From an uncultured delta proteobacterium (GTDB lineage Bacteria > Myxococcota_A > Polyangia > Polyangiales > Houyiibacteriaceae), in assembly GCA_963699755.1 (NCBI GenBank), contig CAVOVB010000002.1:416001-480000 (forward strand): DNA of 64,000 nt. The letters run 5' to 3'. Below the pieces are notes generated by a model, which had not been told where the DNA came from, ran no database searches, and saw only the letters and a program-made list of their open reading frames with translations. Each line of letters begins with the position of its first letter. The first letter of the stretch is position 1. Positions 9,805 through 21,300 of this stretch are shown here, piece by piece. A program made the translations under genes and the position numbers.

Positions 9805-10772
9805 GATCCCTCCAAGCCCAGGTTCTTCGCGATGCGGGGCAATGGCTCGTTCGTGTCCGGGGCAAACGCCGTGCCGCGGATCTGGTCGCAGGCCTGAATG
9901 TATCGCCGTGACGCTTCGACGCGCACATCATCAGGAATGGTCGGCACGGGGCCGTCGCCCTTGTAGCCATTGCTCGCGAGCCAGCGCCGGACGTACTCCT
10001 TGTCGAAGCTCTCTGGGTCTTCGCCTCCCTCGAATCGCTTCGAGTAGCTATTCGCGTACCAGAACCGCGATGAATCGGGGGTGTGGATCTCGTCGATGAC
10101 GACGATCTTGCCGTCCGGGGTCTTACCGAACTCGTACTTCGTATCGACGAGGATCAAGCCTCGCTCGGCGCAGACCTTTTGGCCGTGACCGAAGAGGGCC
10201 ATCGCATATGCTGCCGCCTCGTCGAAATCCCTGGCGCTGATGCGACCCATGGCGAGGATCTCGTCACGGGAGACCGAAACGTCGTGATCGCCTTTTTCGG
10301 CTTTGGTGCTCGGCGTCAGGATGGGGTCCGCTAGCTTCTGATGCTTCCGCAGACCGTCCGGGAGCTCGTGGCCGCAGAAGACACGCGTGCCGCCCTCGTA
10401 GTGCGTCCAGATGCTCGTGGACGTGACGCCCGTGATGTACGCGCGCACGACCATCTCGACCGGCAGCGGCTCGCACTCGATGCCGATCATGACGTTGGGG
10501 TCTGGCACGTCGAGAACGTGATTGGGAACGATGTGCTTGCTTTCCTCGAACCACCAGGCGGCCAGGCCGTTGAGGACCTGCCCTTTGTAGGGAAGGGTCC
10601 CGAGCACGCGGTCGAAGGCACTAATGCGATCGGTGACGACGATATAGCGTTTGCCGTCTGCGATGTAGCAGTCGCGAACCTTGCCCTCGTACTTGTGCCC
10701 GAGCGATTCGAAGTTGGTCGCGTCGAGGGTTTTCGAAAGCCCTTGCTGCAAGATGTCGGGTGAGACCGTCAT
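9801..10772 (-). CDS. purC: SAICAR synthase
   Basis: GKVRD, TDRISAFD, LVDTKYEFG, DEIHTPDSSR. Confidence 0.97.
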   Translation of the reverse strand: MTVSPDILQQGLSKTLDATNFESLGHKYEGKVRDCYIADGKRYIVVTDRISAFDRVLGTLPYKGQVLNGLAAWWFEESKHIVPNHVLDVPDPNVMIGIECEPLPVEMVVRAYITGVTSTSIWTHYEGGTRVFCGHELPDGLRKHQKLADPILTPSTKAEKGDHDVSVSRDEILAMGRISARDFDEAAAYAMALFGHGQKVCAERGLILVDTKYEFGKTPDGKIVVIDEIHTPDSSRFWYANSYSKRFEGGEDPESFDKEYVRRWLASNGYKGDGPVPTIPDDVRVEASRRYIQACDQIRGTAFAPDTNEPLPRIAKNLGLEGS

Positions 10773-10773
10773 T

Positions 10774-12075
<1,302 letters not shown>

Positions 12076-12147
12076 TGCTGGGCGGCGAAGCTAGCAGACG
12101 GTTCGCCGCTGTGCGACTGAGACTGGCAGCTCGGATCTGAGTCCCGA

Positions 12148-12447
12148 TTAAACGTGGAAGTTCCATGCCTTGCGGACTTCGATGCGGGGCATCGCATAGC
12201 CCTCGACGTAGGCTCGATGAGCGGGGTCGGCGATGTATTGCTCGACGTCCTCCATGGAATCGAACTGAACCAGGATGCTGATGTCCCAGCTGGCTTCGGA
12301 AGCGTCGTCGGCGGGCAGGCCGACGGTGACGCTTCGAACGTTCTCGATCGCGCCGAGATCTCTTTGCGTTCGCGCCGCGAACTCGGCACGCGCCGCGTCG
12401 TTGCAGTACTCGTCTTTCAACTTGAACAATACGATTCGTTCGATCAC
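12148..12447 (-). CDS. Dabb family stress-responsive alpha/beta barrel protein
   Basis: IVLFKLK...Y...PAH pattern, 99 aa. Confidence 0.8.
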   Translation of the reverse strand: MIERIVLFKLKDEYCNDAARAEFAARTQRDLGAIENVRSVTVGLPADDASEASWDISILVQFDSMEDVEQYIADPAHRAYVEGYAMPRIEVRKAWNFHV

Positions 12448-12451
12448 TGCC

Positions 12452-13504
12452 CTACCCGATCCCTGCTAGCCCGCAGCCGATGCCTGCCAAGTGCGGCACA
12501 GCGGCCCCGAACATCGCTGCTTCCTTAGAGCTAGCGTTCCCATCAAGGCTCCGCTTGTATACGCCCTGCGCAATGGCCGCCAGGCGGAAGATCGAGAAAG
12601 CCTTGTAGTAGCTCAAGTCCGGGACGCCGTCGCGGCCGACCAACTCGCAGTAGCGCGCAACGAATGCGGCCTCGGTGGGGATGCCACTCTTCTGGAAGTC
12701 CACGCCCGCCAGGCCACCGATTTTCGGAAGGACCACGTCGTACAGCATACAGGTATAGGCCAAGTCCGAAAGCGGGTGCCCGAGCGTCGAGAGCTCCCAG
12801 TCGATGACCGCGAGAGCGCGGGGCTCGGTCGGGTGGAAGATGATGTTGTCGAGCCGGTAATCGCCGTGGACCAGGGCGGTAGCCTCGTCGTCGGGAATGT
12901 TTGCCGGCAGCCAGTCGATGAGGGTGCTCATTGCCTCGATCTCGGAGGTCTGGGACGCGAGGTACTGCTTGGTCCATCGCTTCACTTGCCGGGCCACGTA
13001 GGCATCGGGGCGTCCGTAGTCGGTGAGACCCACCCGAGCGAGATCGACGCTGTGGATGGCGGCCAGCACCCGGGCGAGCTCCTCGTAGATCGCCCGCCGT
13101 TCCGCTGGCTCGACATCGGGAAGCTGCACATTCCAGAAAATTCGCCCTTGGACATACTCCATAACGAAGAAAGGGGTGCCGATGACCGAGTCGTCCTCAC
13201 AGAGGGCGTACATCTTCGCGCTGGGGACGTCGGTATCGCTGAGCGCGCGCATCACCCGATATTCGCGGTCGACAGCGTGCGCGGACTGAAGGAGCTTCCC
13301 TGGTGGCTTCTTGCGCAGCGCGTACTGGCGCCCCCGATCGGCGAGCCAATAGGTTGGGTTGGATTGGCCACCCTTGAACTGGCAAACCTGAAGCCCGCCG
13401 CTGTAGCCGTCGACGTGCTCGCCCATCCAGGCGTCGAGGCGCGTTTCATCGAAACGATGGGCTTCTCGAACGGGTCCTGTGTTTTTCGGGGGCGCCGGGA
13501 GCAT
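12452..13504 (-). CDS. Phosphotransferase (APH-like, ACAD10 N-terminal type)
   Basis: GGQSNPTY, AHAVDREY, HGDYRLDN, IDWELSTLG. Confidence 0.9.
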   Translation of the reverse strand: MLPAPPKNTGPVREAHRFDETRLDAWMGEHVDGYSGGLQVCQFKGGQSNPTYWLADRGRQYALRKKPPGKLLQSAHAVDREYRVMRALSDTDVPSAKMYALCEDDSVIGTPFFVMEYVQGRIFWNVQLPDVEPAERRAIYEELARVLAAIHSVDLARVGLTDYGRPDAYVARQVKRWTKQYLASQTSEIEAMSTLIDWLPANIPDDEATALVHGDYRLDNIIFHPTEPRALAVIDWELSTLGHPLSDLAYTCMLYDVVLPKIGGLAGVDFQKSGIPTEAAFVARYCELVGRDGVPDLSYYKAFSIFRLAAIAQGVYKRSLDGNASSKEAAMFGAAVPHLAGIGCGLAGIG

Positions 13505-13610
13505 CGATCCTCGCTTTCGGAAAGTCGGGAGCCTATCATGCCCGGCCCAGTTCGGAGCGATCGAACGCACCGCATTGAGCACCGGTCCCAAGGGAGCTAC
13601 GTTCCACGGC

Positions 13611-15062
13611 GTGAGGTGGGCAAAGCATGCGCGCTCGAGCTTTCGCGGCTTCCTGGTCGCCACCGCGATCCTGTGTAGCGCACAGTTGAGCCTGGGGCAG
13701 AAACCCGAGGAGGATGCCGACGACTCCGGCTATCAGCCCGCCCCGAGCGCCAACGTACAGAGCCACGTGAAGGCCCTTCCGATCGATGCGCCTGCCGGCT
13801 CCAAAGTCGTCATCATCACCATCGACCGCACGGTGGAGCTCGGCCTGGCCGCCTACGTGCGCCGCGCCATCGAATCCAATCCGGACGCCGCCGCGATCGT
13901 GCTCGAAGTCAACACACTTGGCGGACGCGTCGATGCTGCGATTCAGATTCGCGACGCCCTGCTCGAAGCCAAGCCCCGGACCATCGCCTTCATCCACCCA
14001 CGCGCGATCAGCGCTGGAGCCTTGATCAGCCTGGCCTGCGACAACGTCCTGATGACAGAAGGCGCAACCATCGGCGCGGCGACACCCATTCAGGCAGCCC
14101 CGGGCGGGCAGGCCGAGGCCGTTGGCGAAAAGATGGTCTCGTACATGCGCGCGGAGATGCGGGCGACAGCCGAGGCCAACGGCAGGCGCGGCGACATCGC
14201 TGAGGCGATGGTCGACAACGAGGTCGCAATCAAAGGCATCGTCGACGCGGGCAAGCTTCTGACCCTCGACACCGACCAAGCCATCAAGATGGGCATGGCC
14301 GATGGCAAGGCGGCCAACCTCGACGAGGTGATGAGCGCCCTCACGCTGAACGAACCCGAAATCATACGAGGCGAGCTCAACTGGGGCGAGGAAATCGCGC
14401 GCTGGCTCACCGAGCCAACCATCAGCGGCCTTCTGCTTTCGGTCGGCATGCTTGGGCTCATGGTCGCCTTCTATACGCGGACCGTAGGCGCGTTCACCGT
14501 CCTGGGCGCCATTTCGCTCCTCCTTTTCTTCGGAGGGCATGCGGTCGTTCATCTCGTCGGTTGGGAGGAGGCACTGCTGTTCGTGGCGGGCGTCATTCTG
14601 GTCGTAGTCGAAATCTTCTTCGTTCCGGGGCTCGGCGTGCCCGGCGTCCTCGGGTTGATCTTCGTGATCGCGGCGCTGGTCCTCGCCTTGATCGGTATTC
14701 CAATCGACGTCTCCTTCAAGACCGGCGTGCTCGCGGACGCAATGACGCGCGTTTTGTTGTCGCTGCTTGGGGCATTCGTCCTTGCCCTCGTCGTGATGCG
14801 CTTGTTCTCTCGGACCGCGATGGGCCGGGCCCTCGTTTTGGACAACGCCGAGACGGGTTTCCTCTCCGCGCCGAGCGCGTCGGACCTCATCGGCCAAACC
14901 GGAGAGGCCTTGACGGATCTCAGGCCGACCGGAAAGATCATCATCGATGGACAGCGCCACGAAGCCACCAGCGAAAGGGAGTTCGTTGCCCGCGGCGCCA
15001 CAGTTCGCGTGATTGGCAGAGATGGGCCGGCCCTGGTCGTCCGTCCAACGGAGAAGCCGTGA
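13611..15062 (+). CDS. nfeD: Long-form NfeD (ClpP-like serine protease + TM domain + OB fold), YqeZ-like
   Basis: NTLGG, AISAGALI (Ser), GAATP, EK (Lys), multiple TM helices, TDLRPTG. Confidence 0.9.
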   Translation: MRWAKHARSSFRGFLVATAILCSAQLSLGQKPEEDADDSGYQPAPSANVQSHVKALPIDAPAGSKVVIITIDRTVELGLAAYVRRAIESNPDAAAIVLEVNTLGGRVDAAIQIRDALLEAKPRTIAFIHPRAISAGALISLACDNVLMTEGATIGAATPIQAAPGGQAEAVGEKMVSYMRAEMRATAEANGRRGDIAEAMVDNEVAIKGIVDAGKLLTLDTDQAIKMGMADGKAANLDEVMSALTLNEPEIIRGELNWGEEIARWLTEPTISGLLLSVGMLGLMVAFYTRTVGAFTVLGAISLLLFFGGHAVVHLVGWEEALLFVAGVILVVVEIFFVPGLGVPGVLGLIFVIAALVLALIGIPIDVSFKTGVLADAMTRVLLSLLGAFVLALVVMRLFSRTAMGRALVLDNAETGFLSAPSASDLIGQTGEALTDLRPTGKIIIDGQRHEATSEREFVARGATVRVIGRDGPALVVRPTEKP

Positions 15063-15529
15063 CCGCACTCATCATCGTCGTCGTGCTGGTGCTCGGCCTG
15101 ATTTTGCTCTTCACCGAGGTCGCGGTGGTGCCGGGCTTTGGCGTGGCCGGGGCCCTCGGCTTGTTGGCGCTTGCCGCAGGAGCGATCGCCGCCTGGACGG
15201 AGCTTGGTCCCTTCTGGGGTGGCCTGACGGGCGCAGTCTCGGTCGTCGCTGCCGGGATCATGCTGGTTTGGCTCCCGAAAAGCCGCCTCGGGCGCCAGGT
15301 CGTGCTCGAGCACAGCCAAGCGGACACGGTCTCCCAGAAAGACCGGAGTGGGTTCGTCGGCCGCCGGGGGATCAGCGTGACCCCGCTCAGGCCGATCGGC
15401 CGTGCCCGTTTTGGCTCAGAAGAAGTCGATGTGGTGACCGAAGGTGAGTACATCGACCGCAACCAGGAAATTGAAGTCGTGTCCGTCGAGGGGCCACGCG
15501 TCGTCGTGCGCATCCCCGATGCGACCTAG
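15059..15529 (+). CDS. Short-form NfeD-family membrane protein
   Basis: EVAVVPGFG, TPLRPIG, DVVTEG; GTGA overlap. Confidence 0.85.
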   Translation: MTALIIVVVLVLGLILLFTEVAVVPGFGVAGALGLLALAAGAIAAWTELGPFWGGLTGAVSVVAAGIMLVWLPKSRLGRQVVLEHSQADTVSQKDRSGFVGRRGISVTPLRPIGRARFGSEEVDVVTEGEYIDRNQEIEVVSVEGPRVVVRIPDAT

Positions 15530-15541
15530 GAAGGAAGCCCC

Positions 15542-16528
15542 ATGCAGTTCGCCCCCCTCGCTCTGATTTTTCTCCTGATCATCGTCCTCTTTGTTCTATT
15601 CGTCTGGTTGATCCCGGTTCGACTCTGGATCGCGGCCTGGTCGAGCGGCGCTCGGGTCGGCTTCGGCGAGCTGATCGGCATGCGTCTTCGACGGGTATCG
15701 CCTGGCGCGGTGGTCAATCCCCGCATCACCTCGGTGAAAGCAGGCATCGACCTTCCGACCAATACCTTGGAGTCCCACTATCTCGCTGGCGGCAACGTCG
15801 AACGCGTAGTCAATGCGCTCATCAGCGCAGACAAAGCAGGTATCAAGCTCGGCTTCCAGCAGGCCGCAGCGATCGACCTGGCGGGCCGTGACGTGCTCGA
15901 GGCGGTGCAGACGAGCGTCAATCCGCGGGTCATCACGACTCCGAAAATCACCGCGGTGGCCAAAGATGGAATTCAGCTCCTGGTGGTCACCCGAATCACA
16001 GTTCGTTCCAACATCGACCGGCTGGTCGGAGGCGCAACGGAGGAGACCGTCCTCGCACGCGTTGGAGAGGGAATCGTCTCCACGATCGGTTCAGCCATGA
16101 ACTACGCTGAGGTGCTCGAGAACCCAGACAGTATCTCCAAGAACGTCCTCGCGCGCGGCCTGGACAGCGGCACGGCGTTCAACATTCTTTCAATCGACAT
16201 CGCTGACGTCGATGTCGGCACCAACATTGGCGCCAAGCTGATGACCGAGCAGGCCGAGGCGGATAAACAGGTCGCGCAGGCTCGCGCGGAGGGCCGACGC
16301 GCGCTCGCGGTCGCCGCCGAGCAGGAGATGCGCGCAAAGGTCGAAGAGATGCGCGCGCACCTGGTCGAGGCCGAAGCCAAGATCCCGGAGGCCATGGCCG
16401 ACGCGCTCAAAGCCGGCAACCTCGGCGTGATGGACTACTACAATCTCCGCAACGTGGCCGCCGATACCCAGATGCGCGATTCGATCAGCAAGGCCACCGG
16501 CGGCTCGGACGATGAAGACCAGGGCTGA
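15542..16528 (+). CDS. floA: Flotillin-like protein FloA (YqfA family)
   Basis: [29 protein letters not shown]. Confidence 0.95.
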   Translation: MQFAPLALIFLLIIVLFVLFVWLIPVRLWIAAWSSGARVGFGELIGMRLRRVSPGAVVNPRITSVKAGIDLPTNTLESHYLAGGNVERVVNALISADKAGIKLGFQQAAAIDLAGRDVLEAVQTSVNPRVITTPKITAVAKDGIQLLVVTRITVRSNIDRLVGGATEETVLARVGEGIVSTIGSAMNYAEVLENPDSISKNVLARGLDSGTAFNILSIDIADVDVGTNIGAKLMTEQAEADKQVAQARAEGRRALAVAAEQEMRAKVEEMRAHLVEAEAKIPEAMADALKAGNLGVMDYYNLRNVAADTQMRDSISKATGGSDDEDQG

Positions 16529-16667
16529 GTCGCTCAGACTGGGCAGAGTGGTGGCCCAGCCGCGAACCTTCGTCGCGCGCCTGGTGCTCGCGGACTTGAT
16601 CGCGAAGCGCGGCGAAGGCCCGCTCGCGCGCAAGCAACTCGTCTACCGCAGCCGGAAGAAGCGCTGA
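16512..16667 (+). CDS. Small basic protein, 51 aa (absent from the ORF track)
   Basis: ATG16512..TGA16667: [51 protein letters not shown]; overlaps the floA end and stops 6 nt before the next gene; GC-rich third positions. Confidence 0.6.
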   Translation: MKTRAESLRLGRVVAQPRTFVARLVLADLIAKRGEGPLARKQLVYRSRKKR

Positions 16668-16673
16668 GTCGGG

Positions 16674-18266
16674 ATGGAGGAGCTGCTCAAAGAATATCTA
16701 GGCGAAATCGCGCTCCTGATCTACATCCTCTACCCGCTGCTCAAGCGCGGCTGGGACCGGCTCAAAAAGAAGGGCGATGCCGCTCGAAAGCCAAAGGAAG
16801 CGCTCGCGAAGGCGTCAGCCGCCAAGCAGTCCGGACCGGCTCCCGGCCCGGCCCGACGCGCGCCTGCGGCGGTCCAACCTGCACCCCAGGTGGATTTCCT
16901 CGGGGCGGCTCGCGCCCGGCTCTCGGGACTGAAGGAAGAGGCGACTGAGTTGCTCGTGCGCGCCGAAGGGGACCCGCGCTTAACGCGCCTCGTGCCGGCC
17001 TTGCGTGAGGATCTCCTCGGTCGACTCGCCTCGATCGAGCGCTCGCTCCAGGGCAGCCCGACGATGTCGACCATCGCTCAGGACACCACGGTCATCGGAG
17101 GGCTCGAGGCGCTCCTCGGGAACCTGAAGACCATCGCGAGGCAGCGCAGCTACGGCGGCTCTTCGTTTCATGCCGAGGCCGACAAGATGGCCGACGCCAG
17201 CTACGCACCGCTTCTCGAGCTGGCGCGCGCGCAGGGCCTCAAGCTGAAGAGCAGCCAGGCCATCACGTTGACCGGAGACTGGGATTTGTCGATCGTCCCG
17301 CGCTTCGCGTCGACGCGGCTGGCTCCGCTTCGCTTGCCTGCCGGCTTCGGGAGCAGCGTGTGGCGCTGGCCGGCCATCGCGCACGAGGTGGCCCACGACT
17401 TCTACTATAGCCTCGAAGGGCTCGAGCCGAGCATGCACAGGCGGCTCGGCCTTCCCAAGCAGGTCGAGCTGCCGGTCTCTTCTGCGGAGCTCGACGGCGC
17501 ATGGCTCCGAGGGCTCTTCGGCGCATGGCTTTCCGAGGTGTTCGCCGACGTCATCGGCACGATGAGCCTAGGTCCGGCCTATGTGGAAGCGATGCGCCGC
17601 GCGTTCCGAAACCCGAGCGCGCCGCAGCAGACCGCCGCCATCCTGCAAGATCGCGACCTGATAGACGAGCACCCACCTGCCCGACTGCGCTTGTTCATGG
17701 CGACGCGGGTCCTACACCACTTGGGTCGCCATGATGAAGCCGAGGAGCTCTGGGAGCGATGGGAAGGCGAACACCCGGACGTGCGGCTGTACTACCTGCC
17801 GCTCGGGGGACAGTGGGTCGGCATCGCCGACGACGCGATGCATTCGATCGCCGGTTCGATCATCGACGCTCTGGTCCAAGGAGGCTGGCCCGAGCTCCAA
17901 GGTTTCCAGCTCCTCAACATTCCGGGGTTCGCGTACCTGCATGCCGAGCATGCCGAAGCGCAACGATTGAGTCGCGCGCTGGCGCATGGCGAGACTGTGA
18001 ACGCGGACGTTCGCTGGATCCTGGCGGCCGCGGTACTCGCAGCGATGGCACAACCGACCCTGCACGATCCGATTATGGAAGCCGCGAGGCGCTCGATCCG
18101 GGGTGTCGGGGAAGAACGAGAGGCAGTCACGACCAGACCCCGCCGCCGCCGACCTCGCACGATCGGCGCAAGCCTGGTCGCATCCATGCGACAGCCCCGG
18201 GCCATCGAAGAAGCCATCGCCCTCGGCGCCGCGCTCACCCCATACAAACGCCCCGCCTGGCGCTGA
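16674..18266 (+). CDS. Membrane-anchored HEXXH zinc-metallopeptidase-like protein with YqfB-like termini
   Basis: N-terminal TM; HEVAH (17382-17396), EVFAD, HPPARLR; C-terminal PRAIEEAIALGAALTP. Confidence 0.6.
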   Translation: MEELLKEYLGEIALLIYILYPLLKRGWDRLKKKGDAARKPKEALAKASAAKQSGPAPGPARRAPAAVQPAPQVDFLGAARARLSGLKEEATELLVRAEGDPRLTRLVPALREDLLGRLASIERSLQGSPTMSTIAQDTTVIGGLEALLGNLKTIARQRSYGGSSFHAEADKMADASYAPLLELARAQGLKLKSSQAITLTGDWDLSIVPRFASTRLAPLRLPAGFGSSVWRWPAIAHEVAHDFYYSLEGLEPSMHRRLGLPKQVELPVSSAELDGAWLRGLFGAWLSEVFADVIGTMSLGPAYVEAMRRAFRNPSAPQQTAAILQDRDLIDEHPPARLRLFMATRVLHHLGRHDEAEELWERWEGEHPDVRLYYLPLGGQWVGIADDAMHSIAGSIIDALVQGGWPELQGFQLLNIPGFAYLHAEHAEAQRLSRALAHGETVNADVRWILAAAVLAAMAQPTLHDPIMEAARRSIRGVGEEREAVTTRPRRRRPRTIGASLVASMRQPRAIEEAIALGAALTPYKRPAWR

Positions 18267-18331
18267 CGTACCGGGACGCGGAATAGCGCATCCCGGGTGC
18301 CATCGGCCGCGCCCGGTGCTAGGGGGACCCA

Positions 18332-21300
18332 ATGGCGCTCCCCGGCTTCCACCCTGCCGTGGCCACCTGGTTCGATCGAACCTTTGGTGCGCCGACGCCG
18401 CCGCAAATCGAGGGCTGGCCTGCGATTCGCGAGGGAGAGCATACTCTGATCGCTTCGCCGACCGGGTCGGGCAAGACGCTTGCAGCGTTTCTGTGCGCGA
18501 TCGATGACCTCGTGCAGCGGGGTCTCCGCGAAGGCTTGGAGGATCGCGTCAGCATCCTCTACATCTCGCCGCTCAAGGCGCTCGGCAACGACATCGAGAG
18601 GAACCTCCAAGCCCCGCTCGAGGGGATCCGAGCGACACTCGCAGAGCTGGGCTACGACGACGTCGAGATCCGAACGGCCGTGCGTACCGGGGATACGCCT
18701 TCCCAGATGCGCACCAAGATGGTGAAAAGGCCACCACAGATCTTCGTGACCACACCCGAGTCACTCTACATCCTGCTCACGAGCGAAGGGGGCCGGCGGA
18801 TGCTCTCGAACGTGCGCACGGTGATCGTCGACGAGATTCACGCGGTGGTGACCAACAAACGCGGCGCGCACTTGGCTCTGTCCTTGGAGCGGCTCGAAGC
18901 GCTGGTGGGCCATGACATCACTCGGATCGGATTGTCGGCGACGCAGAACCCAATCGACGAGGTGGCTCGCTTTCTAGTTGGAATGCGCGGCTCGAACTGT
19001 AATGCGGACGACGGACCCCGCTGCCGAATCGTCGACGTCGGGCATCAGCGCGAAATGGACCTCGCGGTTGAGCTGCCAGACTCCCCGCTCGAAACCGTCA
19101 TGTCCCTCGAAGTCTGGGAGGAGATCTACGCCAAGCTGGCTGCACTGATCGAAAGCCATCGAACGACCTTGATTTTCGTCAATACACGCCGTCTCGCCGA
19201 GCGCGTCACGCGTCACCTGAGCGAGATCATCGGCGAAGGAGCGGTCGCCTCACACCATGGGAGCCTTGCGCGAGCACACCGCCTCGACGCCGAACGGCGT
19301 TTGAGGTCGGGTGAGCTCAGGGCCGTCGTGGCGACTGCATCGCTCGAGCTTGGCATCGACGTGGGCGACGTAGACCTCGTCTGCCAGCTCGGATCGCCGC
19401 ATTCGGTGGCGACCTTTCTTCAGCGGGTCGGGCGCTCCGGACACTGGCATGGCGGAACACCGAAGGGCCGGCTCTTTCCCATGAGCCGGGATGACCTGGT
19501 CGAATGCGCCGCCCTGATGCGCTGTGTCCAACGCGGCGAGCTCGACCGAATCCAGATCCCGGACGGCCCGCTCGACATCCTGGCGCAACAAATCGTCGCT
19601 TCATCCGCCGCGACGGAGAGCTGGAGCGAGGACGAGCTGTTCGCTCTGATCCGGCGAGCTTGGCCGTACCGCGATCTCGGCAAGGACACATTCGCAAAGG
19701 TCTTGCGGGTCTTGTCCGAAGGTTTCGCCACCAGTCGCGGTCGTCGGGGAGCCTTTCTTCATCACGACGAAGTCAATCGACGGATTCGTCCGCGCCGGAG
19801 CGCGCGCCTCACCGCGATCACGAACGGCGGCGCCATCCCAGACAACTTCGACTACGAGGTTCGGCTCGAGCCCGAGGGCCTGCGGATTGGCTCGGTGAAC
19901 GAGGACTTCGCCATCGAGAGCATGGCTGGGGACATCTTCCAACTCGGCAATGTTTCGTACCGGATTCTCCGGGTCGAGCCTGGCGTGCTGCGGGTCGCCG
20001 ACGCCAAGGGCCAGCCGCCCATGCTTCCGTTCTGGTTTGGAGAGGCGCCTTCGCGCGCCGATCTCCTCTCCCGCTCGGTCGACGCGATTCGCCGAGGCAT
20101 CGAAGAACGACATCGAGATCTCGAAGAAGTCGGCGACTGGCTGGAGACCGAGACTGGGGTCGGCAGGCTCGCCGCGCAGCAGCTCGCCGAATACCTCGTT
20201 GCCTCTCGAATGGCCCTCGGAACCATGCCGACACGCGAAACGCTCGTCCTCGAGCGCTTCTTCGACGAGACCGGGGCCATGCACCTGATCGTTCATTCGC
20301 CGTTCGGTAGTCGGATCAATCGCGCCTGGGGCCTGTCGCTCCGCAAGCGCTTCTGCCGAAGCTTCAACGTCGAGCTTCAGGCGGCTGCGACCGAAGACGC
20401 GATCGTTCTTTCGCTAGGGCCCACGCATAGCTTCCCGCTCGAAGACGTGTTTCGCTTCTTGCGCGCAGAGAACGTCCGCGATGTTTTGGTCCAGGCCTTG
20501 CTCGATGCTCCGATGTTCCAGACCCGTTGGCGGTGGAACGTGACTCGCGCCCTCGCCGTCGCTAGATTTCGCGCGGGCAAGAAAGTGCCACCTCCATTTC
20601 AACGCATGCAGGCGGATGACCTGCTCGCGCTCTGTTTTCCCGATCAGGTGGCGTGTCTCGAAAACGTAGCGGGTGACCGCGAGGTTCCAGACCATCCGCT
20701 CGTACGCCAGACGATCGAGGACTGCCTTCACGAGGCCATGGACATCGACGGGCTCGAAGCTCTCCTCGAGCGCCTGCATGCGGGCGAGCTGAAGCTGGTG
20801 GCGCGGGATCTCACCGAACCGTCCCCGCTCGCCCAGGAGATTCTCACCGCAAAGCCCTATGCGTTCCTGGACGACGCGCCCCTCGAAGAGCGACGCACGC
20901 AGGCGGTCATGTCGCGCCGGTGGCTCGATCCCCGTCGGGCTTCGGACCTCGGCGCGCTCGATGCTGCGGCGATCGACCGCGTGCGGAGCGAAGCATGGCC
21001 AGAGCCGCGGGGTGCAGAGGAAATGCACGACGCGCTTCTGCTTCACAATTGCGTCACCGAGGAAGAAGCCGCGCGCGGCGACTGGCTGCGCTGGTTGCTG
21101 GAGCTGGTCGAAGCGGGTCGTGCAACCCGCTTCGTCAGCGGGCGCCGGACGCTCTGGACGGCTGCCGAACGCCTTCCGCTGCTCCAAGCCGCCTGGCCCG
21201 ATGGGCGCGCCGAAACACAGGTCCAGGTTCCCGAACGGCACCGAAACGAGCCCTGGACCCGAGAAGATGCCGCCCGGGGAATCGTGCAGGGCCGTTTGCA

